Assembly: GCA_964526435.1 (NCBI GenBank)
Contig: CAZGIC010000002.1
Location: 633-64,632, forward strand
Length of the DNA stretch: 64,000 bases
Origin: an uncultured Lachnospiraceae bacterium
Lineage (GTDB): Bacteria; Bacillota; Clostridia; Lachnospirales; CAG-274
Reading direction: 5' to 3'
The translations under genes were made by a program, and so were the position numbers. Positions 26,001 to 33,251 of this stretch are shown here, piece after piece (positions within the stretch are counted from its first letter, which is position 1; every line of letters starts with the position of its first letter). The notes beneath the pieces are model-generated. The model saw nothing but the letters and a program-made list of their open reading frames with translations, made no database searches and was not told the DNA's origin.

Positions 26001-27014
26001 ATGAAGCTAAAAAGTATTTTGGCATTGACTGTGGTTATGGGTGTCACTTTATTTGCAACATCCGTATATGCAGCAACTACAAGTTATTATGTAGGAACAC
26101 CTATTGATTTAAAGACAAATCAACCGGTTGAAGAATATGAAGTTGGTCAAATTGTTGCTCTTCCTGTAGATTTTGAGTCTGAGTCAGGATATATAACAGC
26201 AACAGGTATTTCTTTAAATTTTGATACTAATGTTTTAGAGTATGGTGCTGATTTAAGTGCAGTTACTAGTGATACAACTGTAACGGCAAATTTATTGAGT
26301 TTAGGTGTTCCAAAATATAATAGTAATTCATCTAAAGTTATGCTTGTAAATGGATTGTATACTAGTAATATTTTAACAGGTAATACAGAGATAGGAATGA
26401 TGAATGTACCTGATGAAGCTGACAGTGGAAAAGTAAAGATTCCTTGGGCAAATGCTACAGAAGTTGCAACAAGTGATGCCCCTGAACTTTATATTATATT
26501 TACTGTAGTTGGTACAATAAGTTCAGATTCATTAAACGTAGAAATTGTTTCTGTAAATAATGAAGAGTGTAATATTGGTAATAATGCTGGAAATGTCCTA
26601 AATGTTAGCGGTGTAGTTGATAAGGCTAACGCATGTGACGGTGCTTTCCAGGTTGTATTTGATACTGATGCATTAGCAGAAGTGACAAGTGATGATCTTG
26701 ATGGTGCTACTGGTTACTATGTTCAGGGCGTTACAGCTACAATTAATGGAAAAGGTTATCCACTTGAAGCTTGTGTTCAAGATGGTTCAACAGTATATAA
26801 GTTCCCTGTAAGACTTACATCTGAGGCTGAAGAAGCTTCTGTTAATGTAACTATTACAGCAACAGTTACAGATTATGCAGATGGTAGTGGCACTGAAAGA
26901 ACTGTTGAATGGGGTACTGTTAATGTTGATATGAGTGGTACAGTTACTTCATATGCATCAGCAGATGCAAGTGTTACAGGTACTGTTGTTACAACAGATA
27001 CTGTTGCTGAATGA
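26001..27014 (+). CDS. Secreted protein with an N-terminal cohesin-like module and an unknown C-terminal module
   Basis: 337 aa with a signal peptide. It carries VGQIVALPVDFESESGYITATGISLNFDTNVLEYG. I see no dockerin, SLH or LPXTG motif. Confidence 0.55.
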   Translation: MKLKSILALTVVMGVTLFATSVYAATTSYYVGTPIDLKTNQPVEEYEVGQIVALPVDFESESGYITATGISLNFDTNVLEYGADLSAVTSDTTVTANLLSLGVPKYNSNSSKVMLVNGLYTSNILTGNTEIGMMNVPDEADSGKVKIPWANATEVATSDAPELYIIFTVVGTISSDSLNVEIVSVNNEECNIGNNAGNVLNVSGVVDKANACDGAFQVVFDTDALAEVTSDDLDGATGYYVQGVTATINGKGYPLEACVQDGSTVYKFPVRLTSEAEEASVNVTITATVTDYADGSGTERTVEWGTVNVDMSGTVTSYASADASVTGTVVTTDTVAE

Positions 27015-27038
27015 TAATTATTAAGGAGGAGATTTAAT

Positions 27039-27203
27039 ATGAAAAAGTATAATACCCCAGAAGTTAAAATCGCTGTCCTTAATAATGAGGACATACTTAT
27101 GATAAGTGCTGTTGGCGTTAACTTAAACAAATTTGATAGTAGCAGTAAGTATACAAGTATTGAAATCGAAACTAAAAATAAATATTCCGGTGTTAATTTT
27201 TAA
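27039..27203 (+). CDS. Unannotated 54-aa ORF that closes the cohesin-dockerin operon
   Basis: AAGGAGGA at 27023-27030 lies 8 nt before the ATG. Product: MKKYNTPEVKIAVLNNEDILMISAVGVNLNKFDSSSKYTSIEIETKNKYSGVNF. It falls below the 60-aa cutoff of the ORF track, and a strong terminator follows. Confidence 0.45.
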   Translation: MKKYNTPEVKIAVLNNEDILMISAVGVNLNKFDSSSKYTSIEIETKNKYSGVNF

Positions 27204-27274
27204 TTTATTTTTTTGTTTTGGTTCTTTGTCAACTGATGTGGTTATACTCGATTGACATTAAAAGCTAAAATTTT

Positions 27275-27311
27275 GAGTGCATATTCTTTAATCAGAATAT
27301 GCACTCTTTTT
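27275..27311 (+). terminator. Rho-independent terminator of the cohesin-dockerin operon
   Basis: GAGTGCATATTCT-TTAATC-AGAATATGCACTC followed by TTTTT. Confidence 0.7.
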
Positions 27312-27402
27312 ATCTAAAGAAATAAGATGGCACATAATTAAAATTCTATTTCTGAAGTGATAAAAGCTCCTATATAGTAGACTGGCTAAGGATTATTTAT
27401 TA

Positions 27403-27999
27403 TTACTCCACTTCTATTGTTACAGTATCTTCAGGTACCTCATCAGGTGATATTCCTTCAATTGTAACAAAGGGAACGTTCATTTCACTTGTTATAGTTA
27501 TGTTACCTATAGTTTCTGTTTTTGTAGTGACTTCTGTATCTTCTGTAGTTGATTCTGTGGAAGTTTCTGAAAGGGTTTCGGAATTATCTTCACTGTTTAT
27601 ATATGCTGTTTTGCTTTCTGCATCCCAGTCAACTTCTGCATTTACTGCTTCCCCTACTGCTCTCAATGGTAACATAAATCTGCTGTCTATTATCTGCTGA
27701 GGTACATCGGGAGTTATTGTTGTGTCATTAACAGTAAATGTGCTTTCACCGTTTGTAAGAGTGATTACTGTGTCATTATTTGTAAGTGTCGCCGTCTTTG
27801 TATCATTATCCCACTCCACGTCATAGCCCATATATTCAAATACTCCTCTTACAGGCACGAGAGTACGTCCGTCAACTATTATACCGCTGTCTGCTACCAG
27901 GTTACCGTTTGAATATACTGTTACACTGTCCCCTTCTGCTCCCATAGCAGGTACAGCAAACATAATTAAAGTTACAGCTGATATTATAAATCTTTTCAT
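27403..27999 (-). CDS. Secreted copper-amine-oxidase N-terminal ('stalk') domain protein
   Basis: 198 aa with a signal peptide. Two stalk-domain signatures are followed by a Thr/Glu-rich tail. Confidence 0.75.
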   Translation of the reverse strand: MKRFIISAVTLIMFAVPAMGAEGDSVTVYSNGNLVADSGIIVDGRTLVPVRGVFEYMGYDVEWDNDTKTATLTNNDTVITLTNGESTFTVNDTTITPDVPQQIIDSRFMLPLRAVGEAVNAEVDWDAESKTAYINSEDNSETLSETSTESTTEDTEVTTKTETIGNITITSEMNVPFVTIEGISPDEVPEDTVTIEVE

Positions 28000-28187
28000 T
28001 TGATTGCCTCCGTAAAATTTTAATTACACTTTTATTATAATTATACTAAATTGTCAGCAGATTGTAAATGTCATTACAAGGAAATTAAAAAAGATCAAAT
28101 TTTATTTACAGAATTTAATAACAAGGTTATATTAAGCACTTGATATTAGATGTGGGATATAATATAATAATAGTGAGGTGATGTAAT

Positions 28188-28427
28188 ATGTCAAACAGAG
28201 AGATAGCTATAAATATAATTAATGAAATTCCGGAATATAAGTTAAGTTATGTTATTGATATTTTAAAGGGTATTAAGAACTTGATTGTTGAGGAAGTTGA
28301 ACCTGATGAATGGGATTTAAAGATGATTGCCGAAGCTGAAGCTGAAAATGACGGTACAACATATTCTCTTGAAGAAGTATTAGAGGAATGTGGGTTGAAA
28401 TATGAAAAAATAATCTGTATAGATTAA
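28188..28427 (+). CDS. Small acidic protein, type II antitoxin-like, with no adjacent toxin
   Basis: 79 aa with a GTGAGGTG RBS. The pattern IPEYKLSYVIDILKGI..EPDEWDLKMIAEAEAENDG resembles RelB/DUF2281-type antitoxins. Confidence 0.4.
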   Translation: MSNREIAINIINEIPEYKLSYVIDILKGIKNLIVEEVEPDEWDLKMIAEAEAENDGTTYSLEEVLEECGLKYEKIICID

Positions 28428-28450
28428 GAATAAATAACGAATAAATTATA

Positions 28451-28497
28451 AAATAACCGTATTTATTTAATTGAAATAAATACGGTTATTTTTTTAA
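28451..28497 (+). terminator. Rho-independent terminator
   Basis: 18-bp stem AAATAACCGTATTTATTT / AAATAAATACGGTTATTT followed by a T-run. Confidence 0.7.
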
Positions 28498-28683
28498 ATT
28501 ACAGGTTTAGATATATGATAATCGGCCTATAATTTAAAAAAGGAAAAGATATTAATATATGACAATTAAAAGGAAAAGGTTTAATATATTTATGTAATCG
28601 TTCCCGTTAATTTTATAAATAGAAGATTGTTTTTGTGTGTAAGTTTAACAATAAAATTGCTTTAAATTTGTGTAAAATATCAA

Positions 28684-28712
28684 TTTACAACAAAATAAAT
28701 AGGAGTTATAAT
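28684..28712 (+). promoter_or_regulatory. Candidate sigma-A promoter of the sucrose/PTS operon
   Basis: TTTACA (28684-28689), 17-nt spacer, TATAAT (28707-28712). Confidence 0.45.
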
Positions 28713-28724
28713 TTAATCAGAAAG

Positions 28725-28738
28725 TGAGAACGATACCA
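28725..28738. promoter_or_regulatory. cre/LacI-family operator-like site between promoter and RBS
   Basis: TGAGAACGATACCA has one mismatch to the consensus TGNAANCGNWWNCA. Confidence 0.4.
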
Positions 28739-28760
28739 CATAATTAAAGGAGGTTTTTTT

Positions 28761-30629
28761 ATGGATTACAAACAATCAGCTAAAAAGGTTATTGAAGGCT
28801 TAGGCGGAAAAGATAATATTGTTTCTGCTGCCCACTGTGCTACAAGATTGAGGCTTGTTATCGGTGACAATGACAAATGCAACAAAGAGTTTATTGAAAA
28901 TATCGACGGCGTCAAGGGTGTTTTCTTTGCATCAGGTCAGCTCCAGGTTATATTCGGCACAGGGGTTGTAAACAAGGTGTATGAGGAATTTATAAAAGAA
29001 GCCGGCATAAGCGAAGCAACCAAAGAAGAAGTAAAGCAGGCAGCCAATGCAAAAACAAATGTGTTTAAGAGAATTATAAAAGCTTTAGGTGATGTATTTG
29101 TACCTATTATACCTGCAATAGTGGCAAGCGGTCTTTTAATGGGAATTTTGGAGGGTTTGTGCAATGCCTTTCCCGAAATGGCAAATTCAGGCACATATCA
29201 GATAATTCATCTGTTTTCAAATGCGGCTTTTACATTTCTTCCAATTTTAATTGGTATGAGTGCAGCTCAGGTATTTGGCGGAAACAGATTTCTGGGTGCA
29301 GTTATCGGTATGATTATGATACATACGGATCTTATGAATGCGTGGAGTGTTGCAGGTGCGGATCCTTCAAGTATTCCTCAGGCATCAGTCTGGTTTGGTA
29401 TATATTCAATCAAACTGGTAGGTTATCAGGGGCATGTTATTCCTGTTGTTATAGCAGTTTGGTTTATGTCTAATCTTGAAAAAAGACTGCATAAAATTGT
29501 TCCTGAAATGATTGATCTGTTTGTTACGCCTCTTGTAACTGTTCTTGTTACAGGTTATTTTACACTTACAATTTTTGGTCCTGTATTTTCACTTATTGAA
29601 AATTATGTTTTAAGCGGTGTACAGTATCTTATATCAATACCTTTAGGTATAGGCTCATTTATTGTGGGTGCTGTGTATGCTCCTACAGTTGTGGCAGGTG
29701 TGCATCATATGTACAATGCAATAGAAGCAGGTATGATAAGTGCTACAGGTGCAAATATATGGATGCCAATTGCAACTTCAGCAAATGTGGCACAAGGTGC
29801 CGCAGCTCTTGCCCTTGCCTTAAAGACTAGAAACAGAAAAGTTAAGTCAATGGCTCTGCCTGCATCTCTTTCAGCATTTTTAGGTATTACGGAACCGGCT
29901 ATATTTGGTGTTAATCTTAGATTTTTCAAACCTTTTATTGCAGGCTGTATAGGCGGTGCCTTTGGTGCCCTTGCTGCATCTGTATTAAATGTAAGTGCTA
30001 CTGCCTATGGTATTACAGGTGTATTCGGATTGCTTATTACAACTCATTGCATAGTTCAGTACATTATAGTTATGGCTGTTGCCTTTGCCGTTGCTTTTGT
30101 GGTATCATGGATATTGTTTAAAGATGAAAAAGAAGAAACACCGGCTCAGACAGAAACAGTAACTGAGTTTACTCCTGAACATGGTACGGTTTATTCTCCT
30201 TTAAAAGGTGAAGCTATATCTTTAAAGGACGTTAATGATGAAACATTTGCAGGTGAAGTCCTTGGACAGGGAATAGCTGTTATACCTGAAAATGGTGTTG
30301 TTGTTTCTCCTGTAAAGGGAAAGGTTGAAACTCTTTTTGATACCAGGCATGCAATAGGCATAACATCAGATGACGGTACGGAACTTCTTATACACATTGG
30401 TATAAATACAGTTGAACTGGGCGGAAAATATTATACTGCCTTTGTAAGTGAAGGCGATGAAATCAGTGTGGGACAAAAACTTATTGAATTTGATATGGAT
30501 GAAATCAAAAAAGCAGGTTATGATATAACCACTCCCGTAATTGTGACAAACTCATTTGATTATGAAAGTGTTACACCTGAAAAAACGGGAAAGGTTGACT
30601 TTGGAGAAAAAATATTGACTGTAAGGTGA
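28761..30629 (+). CDS. scrA: PTS sucrose-type transporter, fused EIIB-EIIC-EIIA
   Basis: 622 aa. EIIB NIVSAAHCATRLRLV, ~10 TM segments for EIIC, and a C-terminal glucose-family EIIA (GIAVIP..DTRHAIGI..LIHIGINTV). Confidence 0.85.
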   Translation: MDYKQSAKKVIEGLGGKDNIVSAAHCATRLRLVIGDNDKCNKEFIENIDGVKGVFFASGQLQVIFGTGVVNKVYEEFIKEAGISEATKEEVKQAANAKTNVFKRIIKALGDVFVPIIPAIVASGLLMGILEGLCNAFPEMANSGTYQIIHLFSNAAFTFLPILIGMSAAQVFGGNRFLGAVIGMIMIHTDLMNAWSVAGADPSSIPQASVWFGIYSIKLVGYQGHVIPVVIAVWFMSNLEKRLHKIVPEMIDLFVTPLVTVLVTGYFTLTIFGPVFSLIENYVLSGVQYLISIPLGIGSFIVGAVYAPTVVAGVHHMYNAIEAGMISATGANIWMPIATSANVAQGAAALALALKTRNRKVKSMALPASLSAFLGITEPAIFGVNLRFFKPFIAGCIGGAFGALAASVLNVSATAYGITGVFGLLITTHCIVQYIIVMAVAFAVAFVVSWILFKDEKEETPAQTETVTEFTPEHGTVYSPLKGEAISLKDVNDETFAGEVLGQGIAVIPENGVVVSPVKGKVETLFDTRHAIGITSDDGTELLIHIGINTVELGGKYYTAFVSEGDEISVGQKLIEFDMDEIKKAGYDITTPVIVTNSFDYESVTPEKTGKVDFGEKILTVR

Positions 30630-30633
30630 TAAT

Positions 30634-32025
30634 ATGAATAAAGAAACTATATTAAACTTAGTTAAGGAAGCTGAGAAGAATATAGATAAAGTAAATAAGG
30701 ACAGTTACAGACAGTGTTTTCATTTAATGCCTCCCGTAGGCTGGCTTAATGACCCTAATGGATTATGTCAGCTTAAAGGAGAATACAATGTGTTTTTTCA
30801 GTATTCTCCTTTAAGCCCTGAGGGCAGCAGAGGCAGGTTCTGGGGATGGTATAAAAGCCGTGACCTTATCAGCTGGAGTTATGAGGGTGTGCCTTTTGTA
30901 ACAGATACAGAGTGGGACAGAGATGGTGTGTATTCTGGTTCAGCTCTTGCAGAAGATAATAAAATCAATATTTTTTATACAGGCAATGTTAAGCACAAGG
31001 GCGAATATGACTACATAAACGCCGGAAGAGAGTCAAATACTATATATGCATCTCCTTATACAGGAGAAAAACACATTATATTTACAAACAAGGATTATCC
31101 TGAAAACTATACACAGCATATAAGAGATCCAAAAGTCTGGAAAGAAAATAATAAGTATTATATGGTTTTAGGCGGAAGAAAAAAAGGTGATAAGGGTGCA
31201 GTGATTTTATATGTTTCTGACAATATAAAAAAGGGCTGGCATTTTCTTAAAGAAATAACTACAGAAAATAAATTCGGTTACATGTGGGAATGCCCTGACA
31301 TATTTAAGCTTGGTAATCAGTATTTTCTTTCTGTTTCACCACAGGGACTGGAACAGGAAGGTTATAAATATCAGAATATATATCAGAGCGGATATTTTTC
31401 AGTTGACGGTGACTACAAATCAGACTGTGATTTAATAAACTTTACGGAATGGGATATGGGTTTTGATTTTTATGCCCCTCAGACTTTTGCTGATGAACAG
31501 GGCAGAAGAATATTAATTGGCTGGGTGGGTATGCCTGATGCAGAATATACAAACCCTACCCTTGAAAAGGGCTGGCAGAATTGTCTTACAGTACCGAGAG
31601 TCCTTGAATACAAAAGGGGCAGAATTTATCAGACTCCCGTACCTGAAATTAACAAACTCAGAAAAGATGAGGTTACTCTTAATTCAGGAGATAAAGTATC
31701 GGCAAAAATATGTGATATAATTGCTGAAAATATTAATTCCAATAATTTTGAGGCAAATATTAAAGATGTCCTTCGTGTTGAATACAGCAATAATTTATTT
31801 AAAATCATTCTTAATCAATACGGCAGAAATGAAAGAGGTCTTATTATTTCTGCTCTTGACAAAGTAAGAATACTTGTTGACAGTTCAGTTGCAGAAATAT
31901 ATATAAATGAAGGAGAATATGTTTTTACAACAATGTATTACCCGGAAAATGATTTCATAAGTATCAGCTGTCCAGACAGCAAAATAAAACTTTGGTATAT
32001 GGATAAAATGGAGGTCGGATATTAA
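30634..32025 (+). CDS. scrB: Sucrose-6-phosphate hydrolase (GH32)
   Basis: Motifs HLMPPVGWLNDPNGL, FYTGN, RDPKVW and WECPD. Confidence 0.9.
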   Translation: MNKETILNLVKEAEKNIDKVNKDSYRQCFHLMPPVGWLNDPNGLCQLKGEYNVFFQYSPLSPEGSRGRFWGWYKSRDLISWSYEGVPFVTDTEWDRDGVYSGSALAEDNKINIFYTGNVKHKGEYDYINAGRESNTIYASPYTGEKHIIFTNKDYPENYTQHIRDPKVWKENNKYYMVLGGRKKGDKGAVILYVSDNIKKGWHFLKEITTENKFGYMWECPDIFKLGNQYFLSVSPQGLEQEGYKYQNIYQSGYFSVDGDYKSDCDLINFTEWDMGFDFYAPQTFADEQGRRILIGWVGMPDAEYTNPTLEKGWQNCLTVPRVLEYKRGRIYQTPVPEINKLRKDEVTLNSGDKVSAKICDIIAENINSNNFEANIKDVLRVEYSNNLFKIILNQYGRNERGLIISALDKVRILVDSSVAEIYINEGEYVFTTMYYPENDFISISCPDSKIKLWYMDKMEVGY

Positions 32026-32984
32026 TGAAAAAGCTTATGGCAATAGGAGAAGCTCTTATAGATTTTATACCGGGCGAAAAATCAAAACCTATTAAAAATG
32101 TATCTGCTTTTTATCCCAATGTGGGAGGTGCTCCTGCTAATGTATGCGGTGCATTTACAAAGCTTGGGGGAAAATCTGAAATGATCACTCAGCTTGGAAA
32201 TGATCCCTTTGGAGATAAAATTATAGATGAATTTGAAAAATACGGTATAGGTCACAAATATGTGTTAAGAACAGACAAGGCTAATACCTCTCTTGCTTTT
32301 GTTGCTCTTAATGAAAAGGGAAACAGAGAATTTTCATTTTACAGAAATCCAGGTGCGGATATGCTTCTTTCACCTGAAAGCATTAAAGAAGAATGGTTTG
32401 ATGATGGCTATTGTCTGCATTTCTGCTCCGTATCTCTGGGAGATTTCCCTATGAAAGAAGCACACAAAAAGGCTGTAGAAATTGCTCTTGAAAAAAATAT
32501 GATTGTAAGCTTCGATCCCAATATAAGACTTCCTTTATGGAAAGACAAAAACAAGCTGAGAGAAACAGTACTTGAATTTATGCCTATGGCTCATATTGTT
32601 AAAATATCAGATGAAGAAATTGAGTTTATTACAGGCAAAAAAAATGTATCAGAAGCAAAGGACATATTGTTCAGAGGAAATACAAAAATAGTGCTGTTTA
32701 CAAAAGGTGCCCAGGGTGCCGAATTTTACAGAATAAATGATAAGGGATATTCTGCCTGTGAAGATGTTGTGGCTGTTGATACTACAGGGGCAGGTGATGC
32801 TTTTATTGGCTCATTTTTATATAAATTATACGAAAGCGGCATAATGGCAGAAAATCTTAATGAAATTCCCTATGATTTTTTGTTAAATGCTCTTGATTTT
32901 TCTAACAGATTTTGCACAATAAGTATAACAAGGAAAGGAGCAATTGCTTCTTATCCGGATAATTTTAAGGAGGAATTGAAATGA
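32025..32984 (+). CDS. scrK: Fructokinase (PfkB family)
   Basis: 319 aa with GGAPANV and DTTGAGDAF. Its start overlaps the scrB stop (TAATG). Confidence 0.85.
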   Translation: MKKLMAIGEALIDFIPGEKSKPIKNVSAFYPNVGGAPANVCGAFTKLGGKSEMITQLGNDPFGDKIIDEFEKYGIGHKYVLRTDKANTSLAFVALNEKGNREFSFYRNPGADMLLSPESIKEEWFDDGYCLHFCSVSLGDFPMKEAHKKAVEIALEKNMIVSFDPNIRLPLWKDKNKLRETVLEFMPMAHIVKISDEEIEFITGKKNVSEAKDILFRGNTKIVLFTKGAQGAEFYRINDKGYSACEDVVAVDTTGAGDAFIGSFLYKLYESGIMAENLNEIPYDFLLNALDFSNRFCTISITRKGAIASYPDNFKEELK

Positions 32985-33238
32985 AAGTTATTGATTATGT
33001 AGTTACAGATCCCGTAGGTATTCACGCAAGACCTGCAGGTCAGCTTGCAAAAATTGCAAAAGAGGTTACAAGCAAGGTGACAATTGAATTTGGAGATAAA
33101 AGTGCGGAAGCAGGCAGACTTTTGGCTGTAATGGGACTTGGTATAAAATCCGGGGACAAAATGACGGTTAAAATTGAAGGTGCAGACGAAGAAGAAGCTG
33201 CTGTAAAGCTGGAAGAGTTCTTAAAGAACAATTTATAA
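32981..33238 (+). CDS. ptsH: Phosphocarrier protein HPr, with Arg at position 46
   Basis: 85 aa. His15 lies in GIHARPA. Codon 46 (33116-33118, AGA) encodes Arg where Ser46 is expected. There is an ATGA overlap with scrK. Confidence 0.9.
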   Translation: MKVIDYVVTDPVGIHARPAGQLAKIAKEVTSKVTIEFGDKSAEAGRLLAVMGLGIKSGDKMTVKIEGADEEEAAVKLEEFLKNNL

Positions 33239-33251
33239 GGGGGTATCCATA

